This document shows positions 1 through 11,353 of a DNA stretch of 64,000 nucleotides, in pieces. A program made the position numbers and the translations under genes. The stretch's first letter is position 1; each line of letters starts with the position of its first letter. Source of the stretch: Lingula anatina (lineage: Eukaryota > Animalia > Brachiopoda); the NCBI GenBank assembly GCA_051362555.1, contig CM120640.1, positions 69,914,788-69,978,787 of the forward strand, read 5' to 3'. The notes under the pieces were generated by a model that saw only the letters and a program-made list of their open reading frames with translations, was not told the DNA's origin and searched no databases.

Positions 1-20
1 CTTCTCTCTCTTGCCTTCAG

Positions 21-3000
21 TATGGTGCTATACCATGAGACAGATGACACTGATGAACAGAATTCAAAGAAAGTTAACCAGAATGCAAAAACCAGTCTGT
101 GTTTCAAAGTTTTTGTCCTCCATGTTCAAGGACTATGGCACTTGCTTTGCCTCATGTCAAGGTTTATGGCTATTATACTTTTCACAACAGCTTTGCGATT
201 CTGGACACTTTTATTTCTCGCAACTCACTGGCTGTGTCTGCTGATTTGGATCGAGATTCAGCAGGTGATTTCCATCAAAGCCAAGCCAAAGAAATGGAAA
301 GAGAGGACTTGGGACTGGTTTTTAGCATGCGTTCAGATTTATGATCTTCTGGACGCAAAAGACTGGAGAAAATATTACAAGTTTGGTGCATTTTATCTCA
401 CAATTCTGGTGGAAAATATTCTAATGGTCACTATATGGTACACAGATGAAAGCAACCAGAAGGCATACAAAGTGACTGCCCTCACGCTCATGTTTGTGTT
501 TTACATAACTGGAGTCTTATTTATGATATTCAATTATAAATTCTTCTGGCGCAATGGGCAGCCATTCAATGCATGCAAAGCCTGTTGTCCATGGAAAAGC
601 AAAACAGCTGAATTGAAGAATATTGAGATTATAACTGATGAAATGCACTGGGATGCTTATGATGTGGATATACAAAGAAATACCCACTGTTTTGAGAATC
701 TTGCCTTTGAAATGCAGGCACAACAGCTTAAACTTCCAGGGTGTGCTGATGAGAATGAAGCACATCTGACAAATACCAATAACCCTGCAAAATCTTTACT
801 CCAAATGCCTCAGACAGCTCAGTTTCCACTCCAGAGTCATACAGTGGAAGTAAAACCACTTCGCAAACTCCCGCCAGTCCCAAGTGCTGACAGTGTCAGT
901 CAAGTCAAACAATACACAAGGCATCAAACAATAAAACCCGACTTACTGGAAAAGGATAGTATCCCCCAGAGCAAGGATTTGCCAGCTGTGGGGGGTGGTG
1001 TGGGAGAACAGAAAACCCGATATGCTGAACTTTCCATCAGTACAGAGCAGGGGTCATCAAATAGTCGTAATACACACACGTTAGAACTCAGTGCTCAAAG
1101 TGTATCCATGGCAACGGACCCAAAGAACAACACGGAAGAAAACACTAGGGTTGACTTACCTAAAAGTAAACAGTTATCGACTCTTCCAACTTCTCAGGTG
1201 ACTTTTGATGTTAACACTAAGCCACTGAGTAATAAAAAACAACCATGGATGTATGACTTTGAGGCAATGTTATCTGAGTCCACATCTTTTCTCAGTGAGC
1301 GTGATGGACACTATAGTATACACTGTGAGACATGCGGAGAGACCCTGACAGAGACATCCAGTGATGTCACCTCAACAGATACCTACCTCAGTGAATTCAG
1401 TGGATTTAACTGGCCAACCCATGATATGGTGGGCAGTGGACCCATAGTGGAAAATATGACTGACCCTCCTGACGAGGACAGTAAAATGTCCCCCTTTGAC
1501 ACCATTCAGCATTGGCTAGAGGCCACCTCACGTTTCCAGAAGAAACAAAAACACCGTGTGGAGGGGCGGAGGGCAGAGAGACTGGCGCATCTTCATCATA
1601 TGGACAATGTGAGGATGTCCACCATGCCAGTTACTGGGCATGGTCATCACCACTACCAGCACCAACACAATCACACAGACTTCTCAACTGATGCAGTGAA
1701 ATTCTCCACTATGATAACTCAGCCAAAGACAGGGGGAGAGGCTGTGGACTTGTCTCAGAAACACAAAGGGAGCCAAGAGCCGTACGTGCACAGATGTCCT
1801 CGTATCCGCTACCACAGCCCTCCAAGCACCATTACACAGTCAACTGCCTCAAGACATAAAAAGCCAAAGCTGAAATCTAAAACCAAAACTACACATAAGA
1901 TACCTCCATCAACCCCAGTCTCTGCAATCACCCAGCTAGACGTAGGGCTGACTGCTACTAGTGCCAAACAAACTTCACAAAAACCATCTTACAGGTCTCC
2001 TAGGAGTAAAGTGTTTGAAGGGGATACGGCCCCAAGAAGTACGATATCTAGATTATCTAATATGACACCCTCTTCAATGGATGTTAATGTCAGTTCTTAC
2101 ACTAACTCTATAACAGACTTGATTTTGACCCAGAAATCGAGCAAAACTTCCTTGAACTCTCAGATTAAGATCGACAAAGAATCCCCAATGAACAAAGTCG
2201 ATAATGCACAAGTTGCAAAAGTGGGAGCTCCACGCCCCAGACCTCATAGTGCAGACGCTGTGTCAAAGTCTCCTCCAGAGAAATTTGAAAAAGTTTCCAA
2301 GAAACCGAAACGTAGGAGTAGAAGATTATCTATTGATTCTCTAACACAAGAGTTTTCAGATGCTGAGCCAGTTACGTCAAAAACCTTTGAAAAAGTTTCA
2401 AAAAAGCCTAAAGGACTGTCTCGGAGATTTTCAATAGAATCTTTAACACAGTTTTTCTCAGATGCATCCATTCCCAAAGAATATCCAAAGGGGACCCCAC
2501 CGAAGAAACGTAAAAAACTCAGGAAGAAAAGCAATTTATCCAAAGACAGTTTGCAGAATGTGACAGTTGAGAACAACCTGTCACAACCAGATGCAATTAC
2601 TCAAGATACGATCACAAATCCTGATACTAACAGTGTTACTAATAATAAGACAAATCAGGAAGATATTAATAGTGAAATGATAATGAACAAAGAAGGACTA
2701 CAATCGAATGGAATTAACAAAAATGTACAGAGAAAGAGCAAGGGATCTAAAGAAACTGAAATTCATCAAGAGAGTGACATGAATCCCAACAGTACCACGA
2801 ATGTTTTGCCTAAAAGAACTAAGAAGAAAAAACAACAAAAATCACAAAGCAGTGGTGGAAACATGTCAGAAAAGACACTCTCTACATCTACTACAGCATA
2901 TGATACCGCAGAAGCTGTAATGCAACCACACACAGCAACCCACAAATCAGTTCAGGAAACTCTAAAACCTGCAAAACCCGCACCTGAAATACCAATCCCA

Positions 3001-3420
3001 GAGTCTCAAACAAATAAAGTAACCACCAGCAGTCAAGCAAAATCCAAGTCAAAAATTTCAAAATCAAAACCTAAGCCAGAGGAGGTGAAAAATGTTAAAA
3101 GCACTTTCAATAGGCCGCCCTCTCAGGCAAGACAAAAAGCATTAAAACAACTTCAGGCCAAGTCTAAACATGTGCCCCCGGTCAACATGGGGCCTCTGTA
3201 CAGGTTCTCCAGTATGAGAGTGGACAGTGCTACCAATCAGAGGGGTTCAAATACAGCAAACTTTGGAATTTCACGGGTACGACGCTCTCTGCCTAGGACC
3301 CCCGGGACCGTGTACAGGCCTAGTGATGCACATGTAACAGTCGCTGGTGTCGATACCAATACTGCTGCAGTTGATCCTAGAGATTACATACACATAATAA
3401 ACCAAGAGTCCATGGTGTAA
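21..3420 (+). CDS. XK-related (XKR-family scramblase-like) membrane protein, final coding exon (5' part lies outside the window)
   Basis: A polypyrimidine tract and CAG acceptor end at 20. The first ~175 aa carry XK-family hydrophobic segments (LWHLLCLMSRFMAIILF, ATHWLCLLIW, FYLTILVENILMVTIWY). A ~950-aa low-complexity S/T/K-rich tail follows and ends ESMV, TAA at 3418-3420. Confidence 0.8.
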
Positions 3421-3952
3421 AAAGACATTGAATTTTTGTAATGGGAATTGCTACAGGTTTTCAAGTATAAAAATGTGTTCACAGCAGGACTAATTGATAT
3501 TTTTTTAACTGGCTGTTTTAAATCATTTTTGACAAAAACACGAAATGAACTCAAACCCTCTAGTCATCACAGGTTAATTGGTACAAAGATGGTGTGATAT
3601 TTCCTAACTTGCAAGCCTTGTAGTGAAATAATAGAAATAATTTTTCTTGCTTTTCATGACATTGTTAATTGTAAATGAAAGCGATAGCATTTATTTATAT
3701 AACAAAATAAAGTCCTTAAAGTATATTTCAAAGAACTGGACTCTGAATAGTTGTTTTTGGTTCAAAACTTATCAGCAAGTTTCTACGAAGAAACAGGAAT
3801 ACATGCAAATTTTTTTCTTTGGTATAGTTTTTATAACTGAAAAATTGTTCAAAGGTCCAGTGACTATCTATTCATCTCTTGAAAACCTCAAAATTTTTGT
3901 TTGCACATGTTATTAGACAGATCATTTTCTGCCCAACTTAATTACTGTAACA

Positions 3953-3985
3953 AATAAACAATGCTTGTTTTCCTTTTAATTTATT
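3953..3985. terminator. Back-to-back polyadenylation signals (XKR + / CREB3-like -)
   Basis: AATAAA at 3953-3958 and TTTATT at 3980-3985, between convergent stop codons. Confidence 0.45.
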
Positions 3986-4536
3986 CAAGACATCATCCTT
4001 CTATAACAAAGGGTATCACTGGACAATATAGATATATTTACAATATTTACAGCAGATTTACATTCACTGTAACAAAATCTACAGCATATTATACACAACA
4101 GCTGACAATTTCTGGGATTGCAATCATTCATATCACAGCAATTATTGTCAAAAAATGATTTACCATTCATGGGTTCTGAACTCTAAAGAGCTAGTTAAAA
4201 GTTTATTACACAAACTTTTGCGTCAAATATAGTTTTATGCTCTGCTTAGGCTACAAAACCACAAAATATATAGAGACGAAACCAGTCATCCTCGTGGTAA
4301 AATATATATTCTATGTACATCTAAGATGCATTTTGAAAAAAAAAGAGTAAAACACAGTTGTCATGCCCTCTGTTCTCTCTTAAGGTATTTGTAGCCACCA
4401 TGAATGAATTTTGTACCAAAAAGTCCACAAGTCTCATGAACCAAATTGCATTCTGAATATTTTTACCAAAGAACATCCTTCAGATGAGAGGGAGGATGTT
4501 TTTAGACCTGCTATTCATCAATTTTTCTATTTTCAC

Positions 4537-7500
4537 TTAAAGGTCCTTCCCCCTTTCAACAGGATGTTCATCTGAGACTCGTTTTAAATGAGAACTGCTG
4601 TCGATATCAGTCTCTGTTAAGTCAGGCTGTGATTGGTCAATTAGCTCTTTGTCCTGATTTCCTTCTTTGTCTAAGTACATATTTTTGGTCTGTTCTACCA
4701 GATTTTCCACACTTTCTGGCTGGTATTCAGCTGCAGACAGGTTCACAGTGTCCTCAGGTGTGATGTTCACCTGCAGAGGGTGCTGGGGTACTGGAGGTAA
4801 GTGGATCACAGGGGTCTTAGGGGGGACCTCCCAGGGGGGGCCGGGACGGATGGTCAGGTCGTACGGCTCACTGATGTCCGTGGCAAGGTCCTCCATAGTC
4901 AACAAACTTCTGGAGCGACCTAAAAGATGTTTTCATTGATGTTAATTAGTGTTCAGCCGTTTCTACCAATATTTAACATTTTATTTTTATTTAAAATGTG
5001 CTTTATAAGCCCATGATACCACCTGAAACAGCTTTCTATGTTTGCACAATCAGAAAATTATTTCCACAGCATCAAAAGCCCTTTCTACATAAAGACCAAG
5101 TTAAATATTCACTATTCAAACATCAATATATAGGCTGTGCAAGACTTATGTTGACAAAATGTACAAAGTTAGATCTGTACATGACCTTATAACAACTCTA
5201 TGAAATCACAGTACAGGCAAAGTTTATGTGTGAAACCCCTGCTTACCTGCCATAGGGATGATCTTCTCCCTCTGCATACCCTGCTGGGAGACAAACGGGT
5301 TAAAACTTGGCAGAATAAAGAAAGCAAATGACAGGACCAGTACCTGGAAAGGAAAAATAGTATTTTTGATATAGAACAAAGAAATATATCCGACTTCTGA
5401 GAAAAAATACATATACCGATTTCTGTCTCTCTCATTTTCAAAACAACAATTAAGTCATCCTTATCAGAAGCATTAAAAGCAATACTGAAAATATTTTGTT
5501 TGTCTTGTACTATTAAACATATAAAACAATCTTGATTATCAAAATTCAATAATTCATATATTTACCATGACACAGGTGCTAGTTTGTGCAGGCTTGTTTG
5601 TTAAGTTCAGCATTGCTTGAAGTTTCTTCAACTGAGTGAGTAGAGATCTACCAAAAAATTTATAATATATATCAAATGTAGCTTCTATATGACAACACTT
5701 AATTCAATTCTGGGGTAGCACTAACACTGGCCAATTTAGTCAATTGCTAAAACTGACTTAAATTGGCTAAAGAAAAAGGGCTTGATTTGACTTGTTTTAT
5801 AACCATTTTGATAACAAATTGACAAAAATGTGGTAATTTGTCTAAGCAAAAAAAATTGCTAGCGCTACCCCAGCAATTATCTTACTGTTTGACACAAATG
5901 TAAAAACAATCAAATTTCTACAAATTACTTCCCACTAAAATAGTAAAAAATACATCTATGGCACTGAAAAATTAACTTACAAGTTATGTTTTTCCAGAGT
6001 TTTAACTTTCTTCTGCAATTGCTGGTTTTGCACAGTGCATGCCTTTACTCTGCTTTCAAGGCCTTCTGTGTACTCCTGTTTCTTCTTTCTACTATTCTTT
6101 GCAGACTCCTACAACCACAACACCATAAATATATTAAGTACATATGTCATGTGTCTCTTTAAAATATCTCCCACTATATACTACTAGAAAATGTATCTTA
6201 AACATATGCCTGAATTACACCTTTTCCAAGGAAATTGAATTAAACCACATTGCATCCAAGCAGTGAACTATGACAACAGCTGTAATCTGCCAGACAATAC
6301 AGAGTGTGGACCAGCAGGCTTACTTTGTTCCTGATTTTCCTCCTCACTGCTTTGAGAACTCTTTCTTCTTCTTTGGTCAGAGGCAGATGTGTGGGTAATG
6401 TGACACCTTCCCTGGCTAGCAGCTTCTTCTCTTCACTTGTTAGCTGGATTTCTGGGAACTACAGACATGAAAAATATTTTGAGGTAGAGAGAATATTTGG
6501 AAACAGAAAAAAATGTGGCACTCAAAAGCAAGAGCACTTGTAGTTCAAATCCTAGTGGCAGTTGGGGGGGGGGTTAAACCCAAGGTACCTAACTTTTTCA
6601 CAGACGGTTTGTTATTGAGGCCCACGGCATGTAATAAAGAATCACCAGACAGGAAGACTAGGGGGTGCGACATTAACCACATTTATAAATTTCAAATTTT
6701 ATTTGGACAAATTTTTGCTAAATCCTAATTTAGAGACATTATTGTCACTTATTAATCTCCCTGAAGACACCAGGCTAATCCCCCAAGATGCTAGAGCCAG
6801 GTAAGACTCCCAGCTAGCCCTGGGGAGATAAGGGAGCCGCCCCCTTCCCTGGTGCTACACCTCTAAAACACAAAACCCACACTGTGGTGTTTTAATATGT
6901 GACCCTTTAATAAGAATCCTGTATTGTGTACCTTGGTTCCAGTGGTAGTGGTACAGTCCTGCACTGTGAAGGGGAGTTCACTGCTGCTGCTGCCATTACT
7001 GGGGGAACGGATGTGAACTATTTTAACATGCTGTGTGGACTCAGAGTCTTCATTTTCATCAAAATCTGGAAGTGATATTCAACAAAATATAAAACATAAA
7101 ATAATGAAGTATGAAGATGGATGCCATCAAGAGTAACCTATATAAAATCACAATGAATACCAATCCAGAGAACAAGAAAGTGAATCTTCCTCATCAAGAT
7201 TCAAAGATTTAATCCATAAATGCCATGAATATCTGAATAATGATCTTCCTTTCCTAGATCACAATATATAATGAAAGTAGAAGAGCCTGCCTACCCAAAT
7301 CAATGTCAATGTTAGTGGCAGCCATGGGATCTGTGCACTCCATTGTTGTGGTGCTATCAAACAGACAGCCTGTATCTATGCCTTCTAGATTTAATTCCTT
7401 AATGTCATAGTCCTCGAGTCCCGTGTTATTCAGAGGAGTACATGTGTAATCATGATCCAGCTCGACACCACTGTAGAAAACATCTCTGGTTTGTTCATCA

Positions 7501-8212
7501 CTCAGTGCAGGAGAACTCTGGTTCAGGTACATCTCTGGAGAACTGTTGTTAATGTAAGGACTCATCTCTGACTGGTCAGTGCTCTGTGGAGAAGGGACAT
7601 CTGTTGACACCCCACTGTCACTGTTGCTTGACGGGGATCGTGTCTGTGTCCTGTCCTGTGTCACATGGTCCTGGTTGTTCTGGTTGTTTCCAATTAAAGC
7701 TGTGTCAATCAGAGGTGTAGATAAGTCAGTTGTGGGGCTCTGGTCTAACATGTATGTCAGAAAATCATCTGTGTAGTTCTGCAAATCATTCTGAAATAAT
7801 GAAATCCTGAATTATTACAAGAGGAATACAGACAAAAGTTAAAGATACATTAGAATCAAGCATGGTTTCCCAGTAAAGCACACAAGCCACTTCTACTAGT
7901 TTTTTATGCAACTCAAATAAAAGTGTTTAGTGTCAAACAATTCTAACTAACTCAAAATTAACTGATCTTTTGACTTCTAATTGCAAATGGTTTGACAATT
8001 AAAATCAGCCAACTTTTTAGCTTAAAAAATAAAACAAACATTGCCTGGCATGGAGCATAATTACAATCAATTAGGAGCTGTCACTGTATAACCAGCTTAA
8101 AGTCACTTACAAAGTCAAGTGAAGCAGGTGCCTCCAGGTCACCCCCTATGATCCCCCCATGCTTGTCAAACAATAGGTCCAGCACATCTGATGTCTGCGT
8201 GTCAACTGACAT
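4537..8212 (-). CDS. CREB3/OASIS-family ER-membrane-bound bZIP transcription factor (CREB3/CREB3L3/CREB3L4-like), 8 coding exons
   Basis: Exons 8212-8111, 7790-7295, 7065-6932, 6458-6324, 6108-5981, 5647-5566, 5343-5247 and 4919-4537 join in frame with GT-AG sites. Features: acidic N-terminus (DVLDLLFD); ATB region [40 protein letters not shown]; basic region/zipper [39 protein letters not shown]; TM segment [20 protein letters not shown]; S1P site RSRSLL; luminal tail ending GKDL. Confidence 0.92.
5710..5873. mobile_element. Short non-autonomous TIR element (MITE) in a CREB3-like intron
   Basis: Terminal inverted repeat CTGGGGTAGC...GCTACCCCAG, flanked on both sides by CAATT (5-bp target-site duplication). 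Confidence 0.55.
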
Positions 8213-9109
8213 GGTGCTGGGACAATATCTCAGTTAGCTAAACCCTGGAAGAAAATGGTACTGTAAAGATTTGTGTTGTCAAAATAGAATGTGATGAAAT
8301 AAACTTTATATAACATAATCTCTAAGTCAGGGCAACAAATTGCTTTAGTATAAATAAAAAATTAAGTAACCATCGACAAAGAAAAAATATTAAATTACTA
8401 AAGGAAATACCTAACAGAAATAGTTTCAATGCGGATATTCTATGCACTCAACAGGATATGGGATAAGTAGCTACGTGCCAGTAGATTAATAATCAACTGT
8501 TGCCAATAAACCAGCAGATATAACAACTTTATAATCAGTCTCTACTGTAATGAAGATAATATCCATATTTATCAGTGCAGAAGGTAAATAAAATAGCAAA
8601 TGTCACTTCATTGTTTATCGGTATTTGTTATTATAATTAACGTACTGTAATACCGTCATAACAGAATTTGTAATTGGTTTATCTTTGCCTGGGCTTTGTA
8701 TATCAAACCCAAAAACTAATCGAAAGGGTTAAACCAGTTTTAACCAATATGTCTAAATTATGCACTACAGCCAATGAATAGTAACTAAAATGTCTGCATT
8801 AATCATGAAGTGCCTTATATAGTATGTTTTGTCACGATTCCAGACAGCTGTCGCTGACATGTGACTTGTTAATATTCGAAGCCTGCAGCTATTAAACATG
8901 CACGACCAAGTTAGTCTTGCGTTACCATTCTCCACATTCCCGTGATTGTAAAAAAATGGATACAGGAAAAGCCTTTGGTGTCCTGGTTCTCCATTTTGGT
9001 TAAACAACAGTGCCCGCTTATTTTTACAGTACTTTAGTTTTAACCTGGCGCTAAATTGGCATTTAAAACCAACCATCAACATTAAAATATGCACAGACAG
9101 TTTTACATA

Positions 9110-9480
9110 CCTGTCGGTCCACCTTCAATCTTTTAACTGGACAAAAACACACTTTGATAAATACGTGGCAGGCCGTTTTCTCAGGTATTTCCAATAGCTT
9201 CCTATGGTTTATTTTTAGATGTTGACTAAACCTCCATCTCAACACGAGTGACGTGGAGATACCGAGCATCAACGGAAAGTCAAGGTCAGGTCAAAAGAAG
9301 TGCTGTTTTCTTTATTTTCAGGTTGAATCATACTTTACAAGTAAAAGATTATGTATACTAACATGAAATATATTGAAAAGCAGATTTTCAATGTGATAAA
9401 TATTCCCCCGAGTTTTGCCGATTGAGTTTTCCCATAGTGCAGTAGAGAACTAATAACATCCGGTGGTGTGGGCAGGTGAG
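9110..9480. promoter_or_regulatory. Bidirectional promoter and first non-coding exons of CREB3-like (-) and C15orf61 (+)
   Basis: Locally CpG-richer. Minus-strand donor near 9110 (CAG|GTATG) and plus-strand donor near 9475 (CAG|GTGAGT). Contains TGACGTGG at 9249-9256. Confidence 0.55.
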
Positions 9481-9968
9481 TGATGCACGTTATTCTACAG
9501 TGCAGTGTTAATGATTCTTAATGTATTTTTGTCCATTGTCATAAAACATTAAGGTTTCTACAAGTGCTCAAAGGGACACACATTTTTACGAAGCAGAAAA
9601 TAGACATTGTCCCAACTGATAAACTGCATTGTAAGCTGCCATGCGGTGGTCGAGTTGCTGTCACCAATTTCACAAATTAATTTTAAATTTTAGTATGTTG
9701 TCTGTTGACAAACGCATTAAAATCATAATTTTAATCTGTTGAATTTTCTGCATACGTCATCAGCTTTTAATTAACTTACACACAGAAGGTAATTTACATA
9801 TTCAACAAATTATGCACTAACTAGTATTTGGTAAAATTTAGGACAGCACAAATTATATTATCTAATATATATATATATATAACAGAAATGAAAAAAAATT
9901 GGGCTCTTGGGTTTTCTTTGTTCCAGAGTTTCAAAATGAGACCTGAAATTATGTTTGTCCAATAGTAG

Positions 9969-10661
<693 letters not shown>

Positions 10662-10874
10662 CTAGTCATTTAACCAGAAAGCAAACAACCCCTAGTCACC
10701 TTTTAAGGATTTTTTTGAATGTTCTGGTCACTTAGAGAGAAATATTTGCAAAGCCTGAATAGACAGTTGACTGTCTTTTATAACTCTATTTTTTTATCTC
10801 AGGGAGTTTTTTTTTTATAGTAGTTAATTGGGCATTGTTGGGTGTTATTTGGAGATTATCAGTATACTCACGTC

Positions 10875-11099
10875 ATGGCAGCACAACTGTATGAATTGTC
10901 CACCTTAATGGCACTGGTTGTTTTAGGACTGCTTGCACTTATTATAGTTGTGACACTTTATCTTCTTGTGAAGGGCTTCAGTTACGTGTTCAGCAAAATA
11001 ACAGAATTGTTTAGCCCAGGGCCAGGTGAAAGGACTGAAAAGGTTAGAGACAGTTATGGAAATTTGTCCACTTTGAATGAATCATTAAAAGAAGAATAG
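10875..11099 (+). CDS. Putative 74-aa single-pass membrane microprotein
   Basis: ATG in a strong context (GTCATGG). One long hydrophobic stretch (LMALVVLGLLALIIVVTLYLLV) is followed by a charged tail; tandem stops TAG TGA. No homolog recognised. Confidence 0.45.
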   Translation: MAAQLYELSTLMALVVLGLLALIIVVTLYLLVKGFSYVFSKITELFSPGPGERTEKVRDSYGNLSTLNESLKEE

Positions 11100-11181
11100 T
11101 GATGTTGCTAGCGTAATGGTAGTTTAACTCTCCCTTTTCAAGGGGGTGGGTATTTTTGGATTTGAAGCAGATATTGCTTTA

Positions 11182-11353
11182 GGCCCTATTCAGAATAGGA
11201 GACTAACTAGTCTGAGGGTTAAATATGGCAGCCCACTTCACTTGCTGTCTAATCCGTTAATAGACACTGAATAGATATCCTGTGGGGAAGTATTCAAGTG
11301 GGTCAGCCATATTTAACCCTCGGACTAGTTAGTCCCCTACTCTGAATGGGGCC
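11182..11353. mobile_element. PIF/Harbinger (Tourist)-like MITE, copy 1
   Basis: ~55-bp imperfect TIRs (GGCCCTATTCAGAATAGGAGACTAACTAGTCTGAGGGTTAAATATGGC / GCCATATTTAACCCTCGGACTAGTTAGTCCCCTACTCTGAATGGGGCC) with TTA on both sides. A second copy lies at 49012-49175. Confidence 0.75.

Noticed and set aside
2244-2576. 110-aa antisense ORF within the XKR exon
   Set aside because: Shadow of the lysine/serine-rich sense frame, with no independent signals.
6550-6865. GC-rich patch with possible TIR remnants in a CREB3-like intron
   Set aside because: The termini and target-site duplication could not be defined reliably.
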